Source: Flectonema sp. DT1601
Lineage: Eukaryota
NCBI GenBank assembly: GCA_964019425.1
Contig: OZ025780.1
Coordinates: 124,001-188,000 of the forward strand
Direction of reading: 5' to 3'
Length of the DNA: 64,000 nucleotides
The notes beneath the pieces were generated by a model, which saw only the letters and a list, made by a program, of their open reading frames with translations, made no database searches and had not been told where the DNA came from. This document shows, one piece after another, positions 46,801 through 57,400 of the stretch (the stretch's first letter is position 1; each line of letters opens with the position of its first letter). Position numbers and translations under genes: made by a program.

Positions 46801-48105
46801 CCACCATTTCTTCAAAAAAGGTTTAATAATTTTGTCCATTTTTTTGGCAAAAGGGAGAGATAAGTCATGGATCATTAAACTCCATGTTAACCTTGACAAT
46901 AACAAGTGTTGGACAGACCAAGCCTTCTGAGACCCATATAGTGGCATGGCGTCGACTTTTTTTAAAAAATTCCTGGTAAAAGTGGTCAGGCGCTCTCGCA
47001 ATTTCTGTTCTTTGGCGTTCGGCTCAAACCAACGCCCGAGGTATTTGAACTCTCCAGCTTCCTGGAGATTCGTAATCGGAACATTGTTAATCTTCAGGTC
47101 CGGGTTAGCTGGTTTCCCTTGTACAAAGCTGTGGGCAATGCATTTCTGGGGTTTCGCTTTCATACCTCGAGACCAGGAAAGAAACTGTTCGAGCGACTTG
47201 ATTAGCAATTTTGCCCCCGCCTTTGATGACGTGGTAAGTTGTAAATCATCAGCAAAAGCTGCAACTAATAGTTGGAGGGATTTATTGTTAAACTCGTAGG
47301 CTTCCTGTTGATGAACTGCTAAGGAAAAGAGCAGTAGTTGGAATACCAAATTAAAAAGGGTTGGGGAGGAAACGCAGCCTTGAAAGACACCAACTTCAAA
47401 AGGGATAGTGGGCGTCAGGCCTTCTCCAACTCTGATTTGGACGCGCATGGAGGAATAATACCTTTTATAGAAACCGATTATTCTTTCGTGAATTCCGAAA
47501 TATTTTAAAGCAAAGAAAATTAATTGATGTTTGACTGAGCCGAAAGCATCTGCCAAATCCACCCAGACAATTGTTAGGTTTTTCCGGAGAGCTTTCACTT
47601 CTTTAAAAATCTCTGAGGTGATCGTGGCATGTTCGATACACCCAGAGACACCTTTCCTAAAGCCTTTTTGAAAATTAAATTTAGAAAGAGTGTGGCTTGC
47701 GACGGCTTCCTGAATAACCGTATTAAAAATTTTCCCGTCGCAGTTGCCCACAGCTATCGGTCTCGTTTTCGAGATGTCTTTCCCATCGGAGTTGGGCTTT
47801 GGGAGCATTGTTACAAATGCTAAGCCCCAACTATCCGGATAGGCCTTGAGTTCGAAAATTCTCTTTAATACCTTGTAAAGTGCTTCCATAAAAGTTGGGA
47901 CCTTTTTCCATACAACATAAGGTATGCAATTGGGACCAGGGGCACATTTGTTTTTTTTCTTTGATAAGAGAATACCAAACTGTTCGAAGCTCGGGAACTG
48001 GATATCATCCATTGTCTTGTAGTCAGACTTAGGTAAAAAAGAGGGATGGGTGAAATCAGTTTTTTTTTTTTTCATTGTCACAATAATTGTTTTTAAAATG
48101 TTCAA
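43885..48105 (-). CDS. Retrotransposon ORF2: reverse transcriptase + CCHC knuckle + restriction-like endonuclease + ~560 aa extension
   Basis: RT motifs APGPNCIP, RPIAV, QKGF, DLADAFGSVKH, GVFQGCVSSP, FADDL, FKYLG. Knuckle CVLC...HVLTGC. RLE motifs WRHDSVL, RPDI...ELTCP.E...K.KKY and EVGVRG. Confidence 0.95.
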   Translation of the reverse strand: MNILKTIIVTMKKKKTDFTHPSFLPKSDYKTMDDIQFPSFEQFGILLSKKKNKCAPGPNCIPYVVWKKVPTFMEALYKVLKRIFELKAYPDSWGLAFVTMLPKPNSDGKDISKTRPIAVGNCDGKIFNTVIQEAVASHTLSKFNFQKGFRKGVSGCIEHATITSEIFKEVKALRKNLTIVWVDLADAFGSVKHQLIFFALKYFGIHERIIGFYKRYYSSMRVQIRVGEGLTPTIPFEVGVFQGCVSSPTLFNLVFQLLLFSLAVHQQEAYEFNNKSLQLLVAAFADDLQLTTSSKAGAKLLIKSLEQFLSWSRGMKAKPQKCIAHSFVQGKPANPDLKINNVPITNLQEAGEFKYLGRWFEPNAKEQKLRERLTTFTRNFLKKVDAMPLYGSQKAWSVQHLLLSRLTWSLMIHDLSLPFAKKMDKIIKPFLKKWWGFVRSANTVILFTGSKNTVGLRHKRVETLYKQAQSIKLDILRSSQDSDMHGVYNVIMEKSSNWSKKFSASAEWERLIKFFSYRSLAKQSAGLGHRLRDLRTTRPDLLKRFEVEATDELLNSLNKLQVQGQWKEWSKCMINDFTWNKVLREGNPAYISFQLKAVTNTLPSQDNLKRWNITNVDQNCVLCGKVNPTLRHVLTGCPVSLTQGRFTWRHDSVLKRIVIFLEELIIKANKRKENLPPPSQTFLKTGENKPLERISKETGELSLANDWVILDDVGDNRLIVPLEVCHVSSSLRPDIFIYSFFAKRALILELTCPNEDRFETSHVLKEKKYLKLRDSIIANGFDCNIFTIEVGVRGNICMDQLNIWTRHIGSPLAPTKALFCECTRIARQCSYVLFQTRNLPTWHSRPLMRSIKEEPATASFIKDGKEIFPVEEVKIHKVTKLKTIEKLTIERSWLEKCFIWQTCYASALSILLIANGSSSPAPSVLLDEDELTGLSLSFSSISSISFQTPPPELMSTGSQTLPADFAIVIRTQSDMGSQTPLYKKKEGKLRLKLSLKCQILENELEQMKERIFYVLFLFYFNAMSASLEKDKQLLNGLPVEIKATNQDPSSLPPAPPVLIIEKDRKEYELLEGVIQRLTAERDESKTSLSALVRQYDLVEDYRKRELANLTQRADLSEMALFNYHQRFVLLSNELETKCNEERESKIRLFYTQQEVESLRAARPRMTHFSQQVSPRTPVLYESVAMMKIAKNYLSLFTTTSSLFTPLIKPLIPTLNYITPLCPLASIPPTMPQSEALDRTPTKILRQESHVISVKENTPIARQWSEGRIDLLENYCRAVDDSLETNEKAAELSEQLLDAQLRLSELNHQRCTTHAEQLEQSMMLTGLASDLNAQLALARSQIAALKFQLASWAEGLSPPDTEEHEENETPPRKSERSTLKKRTPPSRYRYNRRRCSADDVHGDSTPL

Positions 48106-49012
48106 TTATTTTTTCCTCTGGAATATCAAGGGAGGGGGGTTGAGGATCTTCTTTTTGGAGTTCTTCTTTTATGGCAGTAAACGGATTTTGACGAAATTTA
48201 TCTTGTAATTTTTTGAATAAATTTTTCTTTTCTAAATTCCGATACATTCGGAAAATCCTTTTCATTCTCGTTCTTGCCTCTTTCCATTTGACAGCGTTCT
48301 CTATAGAAGGCCCAGATTTGCGGAGCTCCTGTCTTAGCTGTTTCATTTCCAGACGACATTCAAGTTTTTCTTGGTCGAGGATGACCTCTTCCCTTGATTT
48401 CTGTTTGCGGGGTAAATTCCGCTTTGTTTCTTCAAAGAAACCGCTACATATTTGATAAACCGTTTTGAGTAGTTTATCAAGTTGGTCGGCAGGTTTTGAA
48501 GAGTTTTCTGTTTCGACGGTGAAAGTTTGAAGTTTTTCTGCAGCAGAAACGTCGATGTCCTTCCATTCAGTTCCAAAAGATCGGAATTTGAGACGAGACG
48601 GGTGTAACGGGGTAAAAGTGGGTGTTGTAGAGTTATAAGGAACGAAAGCTGTTTGTGAAGTTTTAAAATCTACAGATTCTCCTACAAAGGGAGGTTCCAG
48701 GTCTGAATTATTCCCTGTGAGGGGAGACAGAGGTGTACCTTTACATGTACCGTTAACACAGTGTTTCGCTCTCGTAGCGATACTTTTGAAAAGCTTACCA
48801 CATTCTGGACAAGGTAAGTGGTAACAATCTTTAACTTGGGAGTGGGTAGATGGGGGAAAACGTGACTTATAGTCCTTAAATTCCTTACTAAACTTACAGT
48901 TACGTCTAAAATGCGCAACTGGACCTTTGAGGTATGTCTCAAAACATAAAGGACATTTGGCTACTAAAGTTTTATCCCCATCCAGAGCCGATCTCGAAAT
49001 AGCCTCTTGCAA
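48056..49012 (-). CDS. Copy B 5' ORF (zinc fingers)
   Basis: Same translation as the copy A 5' ORF. Confidence 0.8.
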   Translation of the reverse strand: MQEAISRSALDGDKTLVAKCPLCFETYLKGPVAHFRRNCKFSKEFKDYKSRFPPSTHSQVKDCYHLPCPECGKLFKSIATRAKHCVNGTCKGTPLSPLTGNNSDLEPPFVGESVDFKTSQTAFVPYNSTTPTFTPLHPSRLKFRSFGTEWKDIDVSAAEKLQTFTVETENSSKPADQLDKLLKTVYQICSGFFEETKRNLPRKQKSREEVILDQEKLECRLEMKQLRQELRKSGPSIENAVKWKEARTRMKRIFRMYRNLEKKNLFKKLQDKFRQNPFTAIKEELQKEDPQPPSLDIPEEKIIEHFKNNYCDNEKKKN

Positions 49013-49894
49013 AGCCTCGGGGGCTGGGTTGGCTGAGAGATGGTTGCCAGTATCTTTATGACACCGCCGGCCCGGTGTTTCTTTTTTTTTTTGTTGTGAA
49101 GTAGCAATAATAAAAAAAAAAAAAAATAGAAAAGAGAATGGCTCAGAAACAATATCGATGAGTTAAGATCTTTTTTTTAAACTATTCCTTTTTTTTTAAT
49201 TTCGGGCAGCTAACCCTAGAGTTTTTTTTTGGTAAATACTGTTTAAAGGAAAACGAGCTACGCTCTAAAACAGAAAAATCGGAGTAACTACTTGTTTATA
49301 ATATATATTTTGATAAATAATGTGGTTGGCAAATGAATGCCGAAGAGGCAACTTGAGAAAAGCAATTGGATGAGAAGAAACATTGGGTCTTATAAAGCAA
49401 AGGAGATAGAGGGGCCTAAAAAGACCGCAGAGTGGATAGCTCCACAAAAGGCTGAATTTCGATAAAGTGGGAAGTAACGGACTGGGAGCTTTTGGCTCCT
49501 GCCCTATTCCCGATGTAAACTTTCTTTTTATTTTTATTTTTTTTTTTTAACAGGCCCAAAGGGCGACAATGATGGTTGCTGACCAAGGAATAATATTCAA
49601 ATGAATTTTCGTTTCAAAGAAACGAACAGAATTGAGAGAGAGGCAGAGAAAAAAAAAAAAAAAAAAAAGAAAGAATAGAAAAAAAAAAATATGAAGAGGA
49701 AATAATCAAACATGAAAAAAAAAAAAAAACAAAATATAAATAAAAAACGTTGTATGAAAAAGGAAAAAAAGAAAAAAAAAGACCAGAAAAGGAAAGAGAA
49801 AATGAAAAGGTATAATATTATTGTGGGGATATGAGGATAGCAGGGAGATGCTCTTTTTTTTTTTTTTTTTTTTTTTTATTTATTATTTAAAAAA

Positions 49895-49990
49895 AGGAAA
49901 CAATCAGTTTAGCGTCTCGATCAGGACGGAAAATAGAAATTAATCGACATAGTCGATCGATAGAAAAAAAACAATGATAACATTGTTTAT

Positions 49991-50023
<33 letters not shown>

Positions 50024-50277
50024 CTTTTAATTATTTTAAAGAAAAAACAATCAGTTTAGCGTCTTGACCAGGACGGAAAATAGAAAGTAATCGACATAGT
50101 CGATCGATAAAAAAAAAACAATGATAACATTGTTTATTCCTTTTTTTTTTTTTTTTTTTTTATTCTTTTCATTTATTTTTAAAGAAAAAACAATCAGTTT
50201 AGCGTCCTGACCAGGACGGAAAATTGAAAGTGATCGACATAGTCGATCGATAAAAAAACAATGATAACATTGATTAA

Positions 50278-50310
<33 letters not shown>

Positions 50311-52890
50311 TTTTAATTATTTTTTAAAGAAAAAACAATCAGTTTAGCGTCTTGACCAGGACGGAAAATAGAAAGTGATCGACATAGTCGATCGATAAAA
50401 AACAATGATAACATTGTTTATTCTTTTTTTTTTTTTTTTTTTTTTTTTAATCCTTTTTATTATTTTAAAGAAAAAACAATCAGTTTAGCGTCTTGACCAG
50501 GACGGAAAATAGAAAGTGATCGACATAGTCGATCGATAAAAAACAATGATAACATTGTTTATTCTTTTTTTTTTTTTTTTTTTTTTTTTTAATCCTTTTT
50601 ATTATTTTAACCCTCTAATAAGAGGCTAAAAACCCTGTTTTTGAGAAAAATCGAAAAAATTGACAAAGGAGAAAAGGGGTGTGGGGAAAAATACAAAAAA
50701 ATTACAGGGTGAAAGACACCCCCCCGCGCATTGAAAAAAAACTGAGGTCAGCCCGCAAGGGGGCCAAAATAACTTGAGAAAATGCAACAACAGCCTAAAA
50801 AAACACTGTTACTTAGGACCCCCGGGTTCGCTTTGATTTTGGCAATGTTGTAGGAGTAGAGTGCTTCCGTTTCATGTTTTTCGGTGGGATATGATTGTGT
50901 GTAGCAAAGGTATGGTTGTTGCAAACAGGGGCTGAATACTTGTCAATATTTTCGTGATATTGTTCGAAGCAGGGATCCATGCATAAGAAAACCTCGCTTT
51001 TTGAACAAGAAATCGATGACGTTACTTTTTTTGAGAACAAACCCGTGAACTGCAGTCCCCAAAAATACCGAATTTTCGTAGGTAGTGACATTTTGTGTGA
51101 GTTTGGTGTGTTCCGTGAACAATAAGTTGAGAACATAGCCTCTTTTTGAACTGAGCATATGTCCCGACGTCTTTTTCAGACTTCTTTTGGAGGGTGAAAA
51201 CATTGAAGATAGAAATCTCTAACAAGTAGTGAAAGACTTTCAGGGTCCAGCGTTTTGTCATCAGAGTTCTTCTTGCCTTCCCCCTGATACCGTCTACGAG
51301 GTCAACACCACCCATCAGTTTGTTGTACTGATGGATCTGTACCAGTAAGTCGATAGTCACTTTTTGATAGATTTCCTTATTTTAGTCCATCACGTGGCTG
51401 TCTCATAATTCTCCTCGAGAGGCAATGTGCTGAAGACATGTACTTCTTTTGGATTGTCCCTGAATTTATGTGATGCACATTGTGCTAGGACTGAAAGTAC
51501 GAGGCAGAGAACTTCTCCACCCGTCCCTGCGCCTCCGCCTTATTAATCTTGGACCATTTGGGAACTATTGTTTCCCAAAAGCTGCGGATTTTGTAGAGCT
51601 TGTCAGTAGGTACGGGGTTGGTGACAGTGTAAAACTTTAGATTGGTTAAAAAACAATGATAACATTGTTTATTCTTTTTTTTTTGTTTTTTTTTTTTTTA
51701 TTCTTTTTATTTATTTTTTAAAGAAAAAACAATCAGTTTAGCGTCTTGACCAGGACGGAAAATAGAAATTAGTCGACAAAGTCGATCGATAACAAAACAA
51801 TGATAACATTGTTTATTCTTTTTTTTTTTTTTTTTTTTTTTTATTCTTTTTATTTATTTTTTAAAGAAAAAACAATCAGTTTAGCGTCCTGACCAGGACG
51901 GAAAATAGAAAGTAATCGACATAGTCGATCGATAAAAAAAAACAATGATAACATTGTTTAATCTTTTTTTTTTTTTTTTTTTTTATTCTTTTTATTTATT
52001 TAGAAAAAACAATCAGTTTAGCGTCTTGACCAGGACGGAAAATAGAAATTAGTCGACAAAGTCGATCGATAAAAAAACAATGATAACATTGTTTATTCTT
52101 TTTTTTTTTTTTTTTTTTAAATTCTTTTTATTTATTTTTTAAGAAAAAAAAGAAAATAGAAATTAGTCGACAAAGTCGAACGATAAAAAAACAATGATAA
52201 CATTGTTTATTCTTTTTTTTATTTTTTTTTTTTATATTCTTTTTTATTAATTTTGAAAAAAAAAAACAATCAGTTTAGCGTCTTGACCAGGACGGAAAAT
52301 AGAAAGTAATCGACATAGTCGATCGATAAAAAAACAATGATAACATTGTTTATTCTTTTTTTTTTTTTTTTTTTTTTTTAAATTCTTTTTATTTATTTTT
52401 TAAGAAAAAAAAACGGAAAATAGAAATTAGTCGACAAAGTCGAACGATAAAAAAACAATGATAACATTGTTTATTCTTTTTTTTATTTTTATTTTTTTAT
52501 ATTCTTTTTTATTAATTTTGAAAAAAAAAAAACAATCAGTTTAGCGTCTTGACCAGGACGGAAAATAGAAAGTAATCGACATAGTCGATCGATAAAAAAA
52601 CAATGATAACATTGTTTATTCTTTTTTTTTTTTTTTTTTTTTTAAATTCTTTTTATTTATTTTTTAAGAAAAAAAAACGGAAAATAGAAATTAGTCGACA
52701 AAGTCGAACGATAAAAAAACAATGATAACATTGTTTATTCTTTTTTTTATTTTTTTTTTTTTATATTCTTTTTTATTAATTTTGGGAAAAAAAAAAACAA
52801 TCAGTTTAGCGTCTTGACCAGGACAGAAAATAGAAAGTAATCGACATAGTCGATCGATAAAAATACAATGATAACATTGTTTAATCTTTT
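49895..52890 (-). repeat. Hairpin satellite array in copy C, interrupted by a piggyBac fragment
   Basis: Same units as the other arrays. Confidence 0.95.
50611..51645 (-). mobile_element. piggyBac 3' fragment (duplicate of 39787-40821)
   Basis: Same junctions and near-identical sequence. Confidence 0.85.
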
Positions 52891-54444
52891 ATAATTTTTT
52901 ATTTTTTTTTGTTTTAAAAAAAAAAAAAAAAACAAGCGGAATTGATCATAATGGGTGGTAGGGGTTGTTATAACTTCGTTTGAAAATTCTTCTTTTTTGA
53001 TTTCTTTTTTTTTTTCTTTTTACAGGAGTTAAGATCACTGTCAGGAGACAACACATTAACAAGAGCAGCAAGCAGAGTTGACACTATCAATTCAAATTTG
53101 AAATACCGGGAATTAATTTACAAGGAGGTATCTCAAGTGACTTGGTATCTCTAGCGTGTCGGTATCTCTGGAGTGCTGGTATCTCGTATGTGCGTTGGTA
53201 TCTCATGAGTGATGGTATCTCTTGTGCATTAGAGAAACGAAAAAGAATGTCATGACCATGACGGAAGAATTGAGGAATTGAGTTAACATGTTCAATTTAA
53301 CTTATTTAAACTTTTTTTTTTTTTTAACAGACCGTAACTATTTGAAAATAAAATGTAGATGGGAAACAGTGAAAAGTAAAATGGATGATAAAATTAAATG
53401 AGAAATATGACATAACAGACCAGATAGAGAGTATTAAAAGGAAATTGAAAAGGAAAAGAGAAACTAGGTTAACACTTATTTAAAATTAAGACCGGTTAGT
53501 CAGTTTAAGGTCTTGACTAGGACCAACAAAAAAGAAAGAAAAAAAATTAACGATCAAGCTGAGCTGATCTTGTTTTTATTACAAATAGGGGAGCGGGAGG
53601 GATGGAAGGAATAGAGGAAAAAAAAAGAAAAGGTTGATCATTTGGATCTGATCGTCGAGAAGAAGAAATTATTTTAAAGGTTGATCGGTATAGCCGATCG
53701 TTGAGAAAAATAAACAGATATAAATACAATCAGTTTAAATTAAAAAAAGAAAAAAAGATTAACGATCAAGCTGAGCTGATCTTGTTTTTATTTAAAATTA
53801 GGGGAGCGGGAGGGATGGAAGGAATAAAGGAAAAAAAAAAAAAGGTCGATCAATTGGAACTGATCGTCGAGAAGAAGAAAACAATTATTTATAAAAAAAA
53901 AAATGGTCGGTATAGCCGATCGTTGAGAAAAGAACAGATATAAATACAATCGGTTTTGGTGATCGACGAGTGGAGCGATCACTTGACAAGAAGGAAAAAG
54001 AAAGGACCGATTAATTGGGGCTTTGATTGTATTCCCAAGGCATGTTTTTTTTTTTTTTTTTATTATTCATTTACATTATTATTATTTTTTTTTTTTTTTA
54101 AATTAATAATCACATTTTGTTCAAAAATATTTCATATTAGAGTAAAAGAAAAAGAAAAAAAGAAATAAGAGAAAAAAAAAAAAAAAAACCATTGCTGGCC
54201 CCCTCACCACTCATAGAGGATGAGGAGGCCAGTAAGGCGTCACTCAAATCTATGCCAAGCCTTGGGAACTTGGATTGGGGTTTAGACCATTTATAATTAA
54301 CAATTAACAATTAACCTGATTAACGTTATGATCTGACGGACATAAACATATCGATAAAATAATACAAACAAAAACGAACAATAAATAATAAATAAGCTAA
54401 AAAACTAAATAAACAAAGTGATGTGAAAGTAAGGAAAAAGAGAA

Positions 54445-57400
54445 TTACAAGGGGGTGGAGTCACCGTGAACGTCATCAGCAGAACATCTCCTTCGATTGT
54501 AACGATATCTTGATGGAGGGGTTCGTTTTTTCAGAGTTGAACGCTCAGACTTTCTCGGCGGAGTTTCATTTTCCTCATGTTCTTCTGTGTCTGGCGGACT
54601 CAAACCTTCTGCCCATGAAGCTAATTGGAACTTCAGGGCCGCAATTTGAGACCGTGCCAAGGCGAGTTGAGCATTTAAATCGCTCGCCAGTCCCGTTAAC
54701 ATCATGGATTGCTCAAGCTGCTCTGCGTGAGTTGTACACCGTTGGTGATTCAGCTCCGAGAGGCGAAGTTGGGCATCCAGAAGTTGTTCTGAGAGCTCTG
54801 CCGCTTTCTCGTTTGTTTCGAGAGAGTCATCTACTGCTCGACAGTAATTCTCGAGTAAGTCAATCCTACCCTCGGACCATTGTCTCGCAATAGGTGTATT
54901 CTCTTTAACGGAGATAACGTGACTCTCTTGTCGTAAAATCTTGGTCGGCGTGCGGTCGAGAGCTTCACTCTGCGGCATTGTCGGAGGAATTGAGGCTAGA
55001 GGACAAAGAGGGGTGATATAATTAAGGGTAGGGATAAGGGGTTTAATAAGAGGAGTAAAAAGACTACTCGTAGTTGTAAAGAGCGAGAGGTAGTTCTTTG
55101 CTATCTTCATCATAGCAACAGATTCATACAGAACGGGGGTTCGGGGGGAAACTTGTTGACTAAAGTGGGTCATACGGGGACGCGCGGCACGCAAACTCTC
55201 GACCTCCTGTTGAGTATAGAAAAGTCTTATTTTACTTTCTCTTTCCTCATTACATTTGGTCTCCAATTCGTTCGACAGAAGAACAAACCTTTGATGGTAA
55301 TTAAAGAGCGCCATTTCCGATAGGTCTGCTCTCTGAGTCAGATTTGCGAGCTCACGTTTCCTGTAATCTTCCACTAAGTCATATTGTCGAACTAGTGCAG
55401 AAAGAGAAGTCTTCGATTCATCGCGTTCTGCTGTTAACCGTTGAATTACTCCTTCCAGAAGTTCATATTCTTTTCTATCTTTTTCAATAATTAAAACAGG
55501 GGGCGCAGGAGGAAGTGAGGATGGATCCTGGTTGGTAGCTTTGATCTCAACAGGTAATCCATTTAGTAACTGCTTGTCTTTCTCGAGGGAGGCTGACATC
55601 GCATTAAAGTAAAATAAAAATAGAACATAAAAAATTCGTTCTTTCATTTGCTCTAATTCGTTTTCTAAAATCTGGCATTTCAAGGAAAGTTTCAGCCTTA
55701 ATTTTCCTTCTTTTTTTTTGTACAAGGGGGTTTGAGAACCCATGTCAGATTGAGTTCTTATCACTATAGCGAAATCAGCAGGAAGTGTTTGCGATCCCGT
55801 TGACATGAGTTCAGGTGGGGGAGTCTGGAAAGAGATGGAAGAAATAGAAGAGAATGACAAGGAGAGTCCAGTGAGCTCATCCTCATCTAACAAAACAGAA
55901 GGGGCCGGGGAGGAAGAACCATTGGCAATAAGTAGAATAGAAAGAGCCGATGCGTAACAAGTTTGCCAGATAAAACATTTCTCAAGCCACGATCTTTCAA
56001 TGGTGAGCTTTTCGATCGTTTTCAGTTTTGTTACTTTGTGGATTTTGACTTCTTCCACAGGGAAGATTTCTTTACCATCTTTTATAAAACTTGCAGTGGC
56101 AGGTTCTTCTTTAATGCTGCGCATTAGTGGTCTTGAATGCCACGTGGGGAGGTTCCTCGTCTGGAACAGAACATATGAGCACTGTCTGGCGATTCTGGTG
56201 CATTCACAAAATAAAGCTTTTGTTGGTGCTAAAGGTGAACCGATGTGACGTGTCCAGATGTTCAGCTGGTCCATGCAGATGTTTCCTCGTACGCCAACTT
56301 CAATAGTAAAAATGTTACAGTCGAAGCCATTAGCGATGATCGAGTCTCTTAGCTTTAGGTATTTCTTTTCCTTTAAGACATGAGAGGTTTCGAAACGATC
56401 TTCATTTGGACACGTCAGCTCCAGAATCAGTGCTCTTTTCGCAAAAAAAGAATAAATAAAAATGTCTGGTCTTAGAGAGGACGAGACATGGCACACTTCA
56501 AGAGGAACAATTAGGCGGTTATCACCGACATCGTCGAGGATGACCCAATCATTCGCTAGTGAAAGTTCGCCTGTCTCTTTAGAAATTCTTTCTAGGGGTT
56601 TATTTTCCCCTGTTTTTAAAAAAGTTTGAGAGGGAGGCGGGAGGTTTTCTTTTCTTTTGTTGGCTTTTATTATCAACTCTTCCAAGAAGATAACAATGCG
56701 TTTTAGAACGCTGTCGTGACGCCACGTGAACCTCCCTTGTGTTAAAGAGACAGGACAGCCTGTTAAGACATGCCTGAGGGTAGGATTCACTTTGCCACAC
56801 AAAACACAATTTTGGTCCACATTGGTGATGTTCCACCTCTTTAAATTATCTTGTGAGGGGAGGGTGTTTGTAACCGCTTTCAGTTGAAATGAGATATAGG
56901 CAGGATTTCCCTCCCTAAGTACCTTATTCCAGGTGAAGTCGTTTATCATACATTTAGACCACTCCTTCCATTGACCTTGGACTTGTAATTTATTCAAAGA
57001 GTTCAGTAGTTCATCTGTGGCTTCCACTTCAAAACGCTTAAGGAGATCGGGGCGAGTAGTACGTAGATCGCGCAATCGGTGACCAAGACCAGCTGATTGC
57101 TTCGCAAGAGAACGGTAAGAAAAAAACTTAATAAGGCGCTCCCACTCAGCAGAAGCTGAAAACTTTTTCGACCAGTTGGACGATTTCTCCATAATAACAT
57201 TGTAGACACCGTGCATGTCAGAGTCCTGTGAGGATCTGAGGATGTCTAGTTTAATTGATTGCGCTTGTTTATATAGCGTCTCAACTCTTTTGTGTCTGAG
57301 ACCAACAGTGTTCTTTGAACCGGTAAAAAGGATGACTGTGTTCGCAGAGCGGACAAATCCCCACCATTTCTTCAAAAAAGGTTTAATAATTTTGTCCATT

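Larger units (their letters stand above)
38631..49454 (-). mobile_element. RLE non-LTR retrotransposon copy B, full length (10824 bp)
   Basis: Head-to-tail junction ggctg|aatttcgata at 38630/38631 and 49454/49455. Confidence 0.92.
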
